Source of the DNA: a virus | Lineage: Duplodnaviria; Caudoviricetes | Strand: one strand, 5' to 3' | Length of the DNA stretch: 64,000 nucleotides | Virus record (IMG/VR): IMGVR_UViG_3300027780_001580 | Span: 32,001-96,000 of that record | In this document: piece after piece, positions 1-7,269 of the stretch | Numbering within the stretch: the first letter of the stretch is position 1 | Layout of the letters: each line of letters begins with the position of its first letter | Notes under the pieces: generated by a model | What the model was told of the DNA's origin: nothing | Database searches by the model: none | Seen by the model: the letters and a program-made list of their open reading frames with translations, nothing else | Made by a program: the position numbers and the translations under genes

Positions 1-602
1 TGTGGAGCAAATGCTTCCTCAGCCTCTTCCTCATCACCTTCGTCTCCAGCATCCATTGGCATTTCCATGTCATCTTCGCCTTCGTCGTCACCTTCTTTGT
101 CGTCACTCATCATGGCGTCAAATTCAGCTTTTAGGTCATCGAAAGTATCTTCTAAATCAGTAACGCGGTCTTCAATGTCCTCGTCATCTGACTCTTCACC
201 TTCTTCGCCGTCTGTATCAGCGGCAATGTCAGCCATCATATCATCAGCGGCATCGCCACCCATGTCATCATCAGCTTCTGGTGTAATTTGATCTACAAAG
301 TTTTCTTCAACTTCTTCGTCTGTAGCTTCGTCAACTTCTTCATCAGTAGATTCATCTAAGTCTTCGTCTGACTCATCTACTTCTTCATCGTTTGCTTCAT
401 CTACTTCTTCATCAGTTGTTTCATCAACTTCTTCGTCTGTTGCTTCGTCTACTTCAACTTCTTCAACATCGTCTTTTAGTAAATTTTCGTATATATCGCG
501 TGATTTTTCAACCACAATCTCGTGAAACAGGTCTTCTGCACCCGCTCTGTCTTCAGCAATTAGCTTTTCAAGCATTGCTTCAAATTTATTCGTATTAGCC
601 AT
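1..602 (-). CDS. Highly acidic prohead core/scaffold-like protein (runs off the left end of the window)
   Basis: Not in the ORF track. Read manually as MANTNKFEAMLEKLIAEDRAGAEDLFHEIVVEKSRDIYENLL then D/E-rich repeats. Strong SD AGGAGGAG and a CATAAATA late promoter lie upstream. It sits downstream of the portal, like T4 gp67/gp22 core proteins (inference). Confidence 0.7.
   Translation of the reverse strand, partial: MANTNKFEAMLEKLIAEDRAGAEDLFHEIVVEKSRDIYENLLKDDVEEVEVDEATDEEVDETTDEEVDEANDEEVDESDEDLDESTDEEVDEATDEEVEENFVDQITPEADDDMGGDAADDMMADIAADTDGEEGEESDDEDIEDRVTDLEDTFDDLKAEFDAMMSDDKEGDDEGEDDMEMPMDAGDEGDEEEAEEAFAP
311..455 (-). repeat. Imperfect ~24-bp tandem repeat encoding (T/N/S)DEEVDE(A/S/T) units
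   Basis: About six units such as cttcttcgtctgtagcttcgtcaa, cttcttcatcagttgtttcatcaa and cttcttcgtctgttgcttcgtcta are seen directly. Confidence 0.8.
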
Positions 603-647
603 TTTATTATCTCCTCCTGTTGTTTAGATATGATAAGCTGTCAATTG

Positions 648-655
648 TATTTATG
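648..655 (-). promoter_or_regulatory. T4-type late promoter (CATAAATA)
   Basis: Plus-strand tatttatg in the intergenic gap upstream of the gene starting at 602; matches the gp55 consensus TATAAATA. Confidence 0.7.
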
Positions 656-677
656 GTTTTTGATTAAAAGGGGGGTT

Positions 678-701
678 AAACCGGACAAAACGAGCCGGTT
701 T
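678..701 (-). terminator. Possible terminator or processing hairpin
   Basis: Inverted repeat AAACCGG-N10-CCGGTTT just after the stop of 712..1308. The U-tract is weak. Confidence 0.3.
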
Positions 702-711
702 TACATTAAGA

Positions 712-1308
712 TTATAAATCCATGAACTTTTCCATGAATTCCTTGGTTGTCATATGCGACAAGTTACCTAATGGGCGTAAGTTGTCTGGACAGTAGTCAT
801 CTTTGTTCTCAACTACTCTTATATATCTCTTTTGCACGTTTTTTTGAATTATGATACCTGTTTGTCTAGACCAATTCCCATGGTATGTTGCAACTTCTGT
901 ACTTCTTTTATAATTTTCAGTGTCTGCGTACAAGTTATTAATCTTTCCTTCTGTACCTTCAAAATCAAACCCTAGTATGTATATCTGATCATGTGTATGT
1001 TCTGTAGTGTTTGTAGCTAACCATAATGCAGTTGGTCCGCTTGACCAGCCTAATGGAGTTGCAAAGTAGTTAAATTTATGAAATTTCTCGAATAATTTGT
1101 TTGGATTAGTCCATACGCTATTATCTATTTGGTACTGTGATCTGTTTATCTCTGTAACCATCTTAGTATCTACTGCAACTAGATAGTCAGGATTTACGCC
1201 TTCTCTATAAACTGCGTTACAAGCGTATAGTAATCCGTGTTGTTTGAGTTTTGTTAAATTTACAGGTTTTCTAGAGGTACCGTTACCTACTACAAACGCT
1301 ATTGACAT
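712..1308 (-). CDS. DUF115/MptE-like protein related to Maf/GT42 sialyltransferases
   Basis: Motifs VVGNGTS, ACNAVY, DYLVAVD, SSGPTALWLA and IYILGFDF match the GNGPS...SG..A...IYL.G.D pattern of this fold. Confidence 0.6.
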   Translation of the reverse strand: MSIAFVVGNGTSRKPVNLTKLKQHGLLYACNAVYREGVNPDYLVAVDTKMVTEINRSQYQIDNSVWTNPNKLFEKFHKFNYFATPLGWSSGPTALWLATNTTEHTHDQIYILGFDFEGTEGKINNLYADTENYKRSTEVATYHGNWSRQTGIIIQKNVQKRYIRVVENKDDYCPDNLRPLGNLSHMTTKEFMEKFMDL

Positions 1309-1310
1309 TC

Positions 1311-1556
1311 TTAGACACCTACTTCTGCATTAGCTGAAAGTCCATACATTTGTCTTACAAAATGTAATTCCTTCTCGCTCTCCTCTTTATGTAGTTCAGA
1401 TGCTTGTCTCATTTTATTAATCTGGCGTAGGGTTAGTCGCGTCTTACGTGTGTCATCTTTCTTAAGAATCGAGTCGTCATACGAGGGATCATAAGAGGTG
1501 TTTTCAACAGGCTCTAATGTTTCTTTATCAAAATAAAATAGTTCACGTAGTATCAT
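1311..1556 (-). CDS. Small head-associated hypothetical protein
   Basis: 81-aa ORF immediately after the portal gene with its own TATAAATA promoter; starts MILRELF. Confidence 0.7.
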   Translation of the reverse strand: MILRELFYFDKETLEPVENTSYDPSYDDSILKKDDTRKTRLTLRQINKMRQASELHKEESEKELHFVRQMYGLSANAEVGV

Positions 1557-1561
1557 GCTAG

Positions 1562-1569
1562 TATTTATA
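1562..1569 (-). promoter_or_regulatory. Perfect T4 late promoter TATAAATA
   Basis: Plus-strand tatttata overlaps the portal stop codon and lies 5 nt before the ATG at 1556. Confidence 0.75.
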
Positions 1570-3298
1570 CCTCTCCGCCCGGTAGCGGGGTTTCACCTGT
1601 TACTGTTTCTGGAGGAGTACCATCTCCACCATCTTCTGGTGCTGGTGCGTCCGGATCAACAGCTTCGTCTTCCATACCTGACATGTCAGCAGTCATGCCT
1701 GCGGCACTTACTCCTGCTCCACGCATTTCGCCTGCGGCGTCTGTTGGAATTGGTTCTATGTTTTCATCGTTCTCTTCACGCCATAACTTTTCGTTGTCTG
1801 CAACTTCTTCTGCACTTAGGCCTAAGAAACGTTTTAGTGCAAATCTATTTGAAACATAAGGTACTGCACTCATTTGTGTAAATGTACCAACTCTTGCATT
1901 ATCAAGTTCACTCTGTCTGTAACTTGCAAAGTTTTGTGGTGGTTGCATTCTAAGGTCAAACATTGCTGTGTCAATGTTAATACCTTTTTCTAATAGGTAA
2001 CGTTTAAAATCTTGGTTAAAACTTTCTGTTAAAAGCCCTTGTAGTCTTTCACAGTAGGTATTGAATCGTAACTCTTGTATGTATGCTGTACCCACTCGCC
2101 CATCTTGGAATGCACTAGCACCATCGTCAGGCCCTGTAGGAAGATAAGAACTAGGAATACGCAAGCCGCGTACCAGCTTATTAGTAAAATATCTAAGATC
2201 ATCAATCTCTCCTAGGTTAGTACCGCCTGGTAGTGTTTCAACTTTAGAACCTCTACCTTCAGCAGTTTGTGGGAAGAAGTAATCTTCATTAATACTTAAT
2301 GGGTTATAACTACTATCAATAACATTATTTCCACCGCCTGTAGCACTTGGAATACGTCTTTGATGAATGTCTGTTTTTACACGTTCAACAAACTGCATTG
2401 CTAAGTGACTTGGCATATTACCTACGTCAACGTAAAATACTCTACGCTCAGGTGCTCTTTGCACTCTGTAAATAATAATAGCATCTTCAAGTAATTCTTT
2501 TTGTTTGTATACTTTAAATATTGATTCAAGTAAACTGTTACCAAACGGAAAGTTGTTGTCTAAGCCTTCGCTTAAACTTAAATGCACCATATGCTCTGCA
2601 TCAATTGCAAATTCTGATTCGCCTTTAGCAAAACGTCCACCTTGTAATGCTTGGTTAGGTGCGCCTGTCATTCCTCTTGCACCGCCAGTCATATAACCAT
2701 CACCGCCACCAGTAACGTTTCCGTTAGTCTGTAATGGTGTAGTTGCTACGCCGTCAACAAAGTTTAAATTAACATTCTTAACAACATATTGTTCAGGGGT
2801 TTTGCCTTCGCTTTCGTTAACAATAATCTTTGTAACGTTTGCCGGATCAATGAAGTGCCATTTTTTAGTTTCTGGATCTCTAATAAAAAATGCATCACCA
2901 TACTTAAACACATTACGTAAAATACGAAACATGCGTGTTTCAAACTTCTGTAACTTACACCATTGTTGTAGATATAATTTAAGTGTTGTTACTTCTGTGT
3001 TAGTTGCGTCTTGATTAAAGTCCATCATAAACGGACTTCTATTTGATGTATTCTTTTGGGTTGTAAATTCTGCTAAGATATCTAATGCGGCATTGACTTC
3101 ACTGTCATTGTCCATTGTATTATACTGACCATACCGTTCAACACGATTTGGCGAACCAACATACACATCTGGTAGGTAACTTGAATAGTTTGCTTGGGCT
3201 GGGCCCATGCCGCCGTCTCCGCGACCGCCTAGTGGGGAATAACTTCCATTTTGTGCAGTACCAGTAGGAACTGGCGTAAAATAACGTTTCCAACTCAT
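1565..3298 (-). CDS. gp20: Portal vertex protein (T4 gp20 family)
   Basis: Signature motifs LLEDAIIIYRVQRAPERRVFYVDVGNMP, EDYFFP and GRGSKVETLPGGTNLGEIDDLRYF. Confidence 0.95.
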   Translation of the reverse strand: MSWKRYFTPVPTGTAQNGSYSPLGGRGDGGMGPAQANYSSYLPDVYVGSPNRVERYGQYNTMDNDSEVNAALDILAEFTTQKNTSNRSPFMMDFNQDATNTEVTTLKLYLQQWCKLQKFETRMFRILRNVFKYGDAFFIRDPETKKWHFIDPANVTKIIVNESEGKTPEQYVVKNVNLNFVDGVATTPLQTNGNVTGGGDGYMTGGARGMTGAPNQALQGGRFAKGESEFAIDAEHMVHLSLSEGLDNNFPFGNSLLESIFKVYKQKELLEDAIIIYRVQRAPERRVFYVDVGNMPSHLAMQFVERVKTDIHQRRIPSATGGGNNVIDSSYNPLSINEDYFFPQTAEGRGSKVETLPGGTNLGEIDDLRYFTNKLVRGLRIPSSYLPTGPDDGASAFQDGRVGTAYIQELRFNTYCERLQGLLTESFNQDFKRYLLEKGINIDTAMFDLRMQPPQNFASYRQSELDNARVGTFTQMSAVPYVSNRFALKRFLGLSAEEVADNEKLWREENDENIEPIPTDAAGEMRGAGVSAAGMTADMSGMEDEAVDPDAPAPEDGGDGTPPETVTGETPLPGGEV

Positions 3299-3299
3299 A

Positions 3300-5939
3300 T
3301 TATGCCGCTCCTGATAGTGCTCGTGTCATGTTTTTTCCACCTTTAGTTTGTTTTTTCAACTCTTCAAGTATCAAGTTGTTAACACTATTTAACGAAGTTA
3401 GCATGGAAGAAGACTTATCTTGACTCTCGTTATTAACATTTAGTACTTTGGTAAACGATGCTTTGGTTTCTGCATCCATTGTTTTATACACTTCGTTGTA
3501 TTCTTTAATCTGTTTAATTAATTCTTTTATGTTTTTAGATACAGATTTTAAATTGGCATCGTCCATAGCTTCAACATATGCCGCAATGCCTTGTAATCCG
3601 TCTCCAATATTTTTTAATCCTGCGGCATCAATGTCAGCAAAAGATTCAAGATCTTTAGCCATTTTTGTCATGCCACCATCATTGCCAAATAACCCACCTA
3701 AGAATTTACTAAAGCTATCCATTAAGCCGTCACCAGTAAATGCTGAGATACCTTTTTGTAAACTAGTTAATGCAGGTCCCATCTCTTTCATTGATTTTGA
3801 ATCAATGCCTTCAAAGGATTTAACACCTGCTGATATCTTTTCTAAGGCTCCGTCACCTACAAACGATGCAACAATACCACCTTTGGCCAAGCCCATAATA
3901 TTAGATGTTAACGGACCTAATGATTTACCAACGTCAAGTAACTTCTTAGAATCCATGTCTTCAAACTTCTTAACACCGCCTGCTAGTTTATCAATGCTAC
4001 TAAAAATAGAATCAATTACTGCCGCAATTCCAAACATCGCAACACCAACTCCGGCAAATGCTAAACCAAGCGCCGCAATGCCTGGCGATGCAATTAGTAG
4101 TGGAATTGCCATAGCCTTAATTGCTAAGGTAAATCCAATTAATACTGCCGCGGCACCTATGCCGCCCCACATTAATGCTTTGCCAAATGTTTCAAACTTT
4201 TCAATTATTGGTCCTAAGGCCGCAAACATAGTTCCAAACAGTCCTGCACCTTTTTCACCACTTGCTCCACCTTTGTTACTCTCTGGATGACCAGGTGGTG
4301 GTTTGCTCTCTCCAGTAAACATTCTTTTGATTGGTTCAAAAATATACTTAGATACTAACTCGCCAATCTTCATTGTTTTAAAATCTTTAGTAAAGTTTGC
4401 AATATATGTACCTATACTATCAATAGCTACTCCTAGCCTATCAATAAATCCTTGGATCATTGTTTGCGTTTCAGCTTTGCCAAACCATGCTGTTAACCCT
4501 GATAATGCAGTTTGCATTTTATCAAAGATGCCAGAAGTAATCAGTTTATCCATAATATTACTACGTACTGTTTGGATCACTTTATCAAAGTTGGTCAGTA
4601 TTTTTTCTTTAGCGGCCACAGCATCTAGTTGTTTTTGGTCTGCATCAGAAATTTTACCACCGATTGTTGCCATTCTAGACATTGCTAGTACAGCATCATA
4701 TGTTGTATTCCCTAATACTTGGGAGGTTGAGATCATAGCCGCGTTTTCTTTAACGTACTTTTTTGCCTCTGCAATTTGTTCGTTTGTCTGAGTTGCAAAT
4801 TGTTCTGCTGTTAGAGTTCCATTTCTTAGTCCTATAGCCATCTCGGCAAACTGTGGATTAGTACGTATTAAACTTTTACCAAACTCACTTAGTGGAACAC
4901 CGTTAGTTGCAACCAATTCTTTTAGTGCGTTTTCCATCTCTGGACTTGCACCTTTGATCATTGTTAAACTGGAATTAAGCTGTTGCTTCATTTTGTCATC
5001 CATGTTCATGATCAACGCTGAAATTCTGCCGTCCATACTTTGGCTTTTCATTTCGTCAGCAATCTGCTTTCTACTCATACCAGTAACTTTAGAAAGTTGA
5101 TCAAGTTGCATGACATATTCTGTTGTACCTTTAGCTAAGGATTTTGCAGATCGTCCTTCCATTCTACCTTGTATCATTTGTAGATCAATGTAGTCTGCGG
5201 TAAACTCAGTAACATCTTCCATTGTCATACCTAGTGCAGAAAATTGTTGCTGTGACTGTTGTACAATTTTTGTAATCTTAGAAAATTCATTAGCACCCTT
5301 AGTTGCGCCGCCAAATGCTTGAGCAAATAGTTGTGAGTTCTCGCCGAGCACTCCTGCTAAGGTTTCCATTTTTATACCAGCTTGTGCCGCTTTTGATTGC
5401 ATTTCAAATAAGCTATTACCAAAGTCAATACCACCGTTGGATAATGTACGATAGGTGTCTATCTGACTGTCCATCATATTAAGCATAGTTTGACCAAATT
5501 GTCCTACTACGCCTCCAACTATTGGAAATTTTGAAACTAATCCAGTAACATGCTGACCAAAGTCACTGATTCTGTCACCACCACTAAGTAACTCATTACC
5601 TAGCCCACCAATAGCATTAACAGTATTGCCTATTCCGCTGAATAGACCCATAGTATATCTATCTAGAGCTTTGCCAGCGTTTGCTATCTTTTGAGTAAGT
5701 TTTACTTGTGCTTTAGTTTGGTCTTTTGTACTTTCTGTGCTTTCTTGAGTGGCTTTGTTATCCTCAGTTTGTATCTTAACACCTTTAGATTGGACATCAC
5801 CTGCCATTTTTGACACAGCTCCGCCATTACCGCCCTTTTTTTCCATAAGAGCAACTAATCGTGCTAGTGTAGCTTCTGATGCGGCATTACTAGTAACGCC
5901 ATCCATGCCACCGCCTCTGTATGTAACTTCAACTGCCAT
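3300..5939 (-). CDS. Probable tape measure protein (gp29-like)
   Basis: 879 aa, Ala/Gly/Met-rich helical composition with hydrophobic segments (ALMWGGIGAAAVLIGFTLAI). It is next to the chaperone-like frameshift gene. Confidence 0.6.
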   Translation of the reverse strand: MAVEVTYRGGGMDGVTSNAASEATLARLVALMEKKGGNGGAVSKMAGDVQSKGVKIQTEDNKATQESTESTKDQTKAQVKLTQKIANAGKALDRYTMGLFSGIGNTVNAIGGLGNELLSGGDRISDFGQHVTGLVSKFPIVGGVVGQFGQTMLNMMDSQIDTYRTLSNGGIDFGNSLFEMQSKAAQAGIKMETLAGVLGENSQLFAQAFGGATKGANEFSKITKIVQQSQQQFSALGMTMEDVTEFTADYIDLQMIQGRMEGRSAKSLAKGTTEYVMQLDQLSKVTGMSRKQIADEMKSQSMDGRISALIMNMDDKMKQQLNSSLTMIKGASPEMENALKELVATNGVPLSEFGKSLIRTNPQFAEMAIGLRNGTLTAEQFATQTNEQIAEAKKYVKENAAMISTSQVLGNTTYDAVLAMSRMATIGGKISDADQKQLDAVAAKEKILTNFDKVIQTVRSNIMDKLITSGIFDKMQTALSGLTAWFGKAETQTMIQGFIDRLGVAIDSIGTYIANFTKDFKTMKIGELVSKYIFEPIKRMFTGESKPPPGHPESNKGGASGEKGAGLFGTMFAALGPIIEKFETFGKALMWGGIGAAAVLIGFTLAIKAMAIPLLIASPGIAALGLAFAGVGVAMFGIAAVIDSIFSSIDKLAGGVKKFEDMDSKKLLDVGKSLGPLTSNIMGLAKGGIVASFVGDGALEKISAGVKSFEGIDSKSMKEMGPALTSLQKGISAFTGDGLMDSFSKFLGGLFGNDGGMTKMAKDLESFADIDAAGLKNIGDGLQGIAAYVEAMDDANLKSVSKNIKELIKQIKEYNEVYKTMDAETKASFTKVLNVNNESQDKSSSMLTSLNSVNNLILEELKKQTKGGKNMTRALSGAA

Positions 5940-5966
5940 TTATTAAGTACCTATATAAGTCCTGAT

Positions 5967-6002
5967 CATAAATATGTATATGAACAACACTTATTATTTA
6001 TC
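5967..6002. promoter_or_regulatory. Face-to-face pair of late promoters
   Basis: CATAAATA on + at 5967-5974 (towards 6015) and GATAAATA on - at 5995-6002 (towards 5939). Confidence 0.65.
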
Positions 6003-6014
6003 CGGAGAAAAACA

Positions 6015-6884
6015 ATGCCAGAAATAGAAAGAAGCGGATCCAATCCGTTACAGAAATATTTTAGGCAACCAAAAATATATATCGGCTTACCTAGCAAAGG
6101 TAACTGGTATCCAGATGGAAGTATAGAAAAAACAGAAACAGGCGAATATCCAATTTATGCAATGACAGCAAGAGATGAACTTATGTTTAAAACTCCTGAT
6201 GCATTACTTAATGGACAAGCAACTGTAGACGTTATTCATAGTTGTGTCCCTAACATTAAAAACGCTTGGGACGTTCCTACTATTGATTTAGATACTCTAT
6301 TGGTTGCTATAAGAATTGCCACATACGGCGAAAAATTAGAACTATCAACTAAAGTACCAGGAAATTCGGATCTAGAGAGAAAATTTGATTTAGATCTTAG
6401 AGTAGTATTGGACAAGTTTACAGGCGTTGATTACAACAGTATTATTACAGTTGATGATTTAACACTTACACTTAGACCTCAAACCTACCGAGAGTTTACT
6501 AAAGTTGCAACAAAAACATTCGAAGAGCAACGTATTGCTAGTGCAGTTCAAGATAACGATATGACTGATGATGAGAAGTTAGTAGTCTTTAACAAAGCGT
6601 TTACTGCATTAACATCAATTACTATTGACATGGTAATGGACGGGGTTGCTACTATTCAAACAGCCGAAGGTGATGTTGTTACTGATAAAAATCATATTGC
6701 ACAGTTTATATCAAATGCAGACAAAAAGTTTTATACATCTGTAACTGATAATATGGAAGCAAATAGATCTAAGTTTAGTTTGAAGCCAATCACAATAGAA
6801 TCTACTGAAGAAGAGCTTGAAGCAGGTGCTCCTAAAACATGGGAAATGCCTATTACATTTGATCAAGCAAATTTTTTCGGATAA
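6015..6884 (+). CDS. gp26: Baseplate hub assembly chaperone, T4 gp26-like
   Basis: Motifs LPSKG.WY, MTARDEL, DLDTLLVAIRIATYGE and a C-terminal FDQANFFG typical of gp26 relatives. GGAG SD upstream. Confidence 0.75.
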   Translation: MPEIERSGSNPLQKYFRQPKIYIGLPSKGNWYPDGSIEKTETGEYPIYAMTARDELMFKTPDALLNGQATVDVIHSCVPNIKNAWDVPTIDLDTLLVAIRIATYGEKLELSTKVPGNSDLERKFDLDLRVVLDKFTGVDYNSIITVDDLTLTLRPQTYREFTKVATKTFEEQRIASAVQDNDMTDDEKLVVFNKAFTALTSITIDMVMDGVATIQTAEGDVVTDKNHIAQFISNADKKFYTSVTDNMEANRSKFSLKPITIESTEEELEAGAPKTWEMPITFDQANFFG

Positions 6885-6915
6885 GGATATCAGCTCTGGC
6901 TCTGCCTGATATCCT
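6872..6915 (+). other. -1 programmed ribosomal frameshift signal
   Basis: In-frame slippery heptamer T_TTT_TTC at 6872-6878, a 5-nt spacer, then a perfect 10-bp hairpin AGGATATCAG (6884-6893) / CTGATATCCT (6906-6915). Confidence 0.7.
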
Positions 6916-7108
6916 AAAAATTGTTGACGACTTAGAAAATGAGACCAAGAACTTTAAAATGGAACTAATGCGTACAGTATGGTACATGAGAGGTTCAGTG
7001 AGTCTTGAAGAAATTTATCAAGTAGGTCCTGAAGATAGAGAAATTATGTCTAAGTTAATTAAAGAAAATCTAGAAACTACTAAAAAATCCGGACAACCGT
7101 TCTTTTAG
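6878..7108 (+). CDS. gp51-like ORF in the -1 frame (frameshift extension of the gp26-like gene)
   Basis: Not in the ORF track. Open from the slip site as RIRISALALPDILKIVDDLENETKNFKMELMRTVWYMRGSVSLEEIYQVGPEDREIMSKLIKENLETTKKSGQPFF*. Occupies the position of T4 gene 51. Confidence 0.65.
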   Translation, partial: RIRISALALPDILKIVDDLENETKNFKMELMRTVWYMRGSVSLEEIYQVGPEDREIMSKLIKENLETTKKSGQPFF

Positions 7109-7269
7109 AGTATACAAAGTTTCAAAAGGATAAATGATATGATTAATCCTTTTGCAAACGCTATCCACATCATTTGATAATTAGTAAGTTTTGTGCATTT
7201 CTGAAATGCAATTAAATGTGCTCTATGCCATCTAGTAAATGCGTATAATGGCGTTGTTAAGTACTTCAT
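7105..7269 (-). CDS. Small membrane protein (54 aa)
   Basis: Not in the ORF track. MKYLTTPLYAFTRWHRAHLIAFQKCTKLTNYQMMWIAFAKGLIISFILLKLCIL. ATGA overlap with the upstream stop and a C-terminal hydrophobic helix. Confidence 0.6.
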   Translation of the reverse strand: MKYLTTPLYAFTRWHRAHLIAFQKCTKLTNYQMMWIAFAKGLIISFILLKLCIL

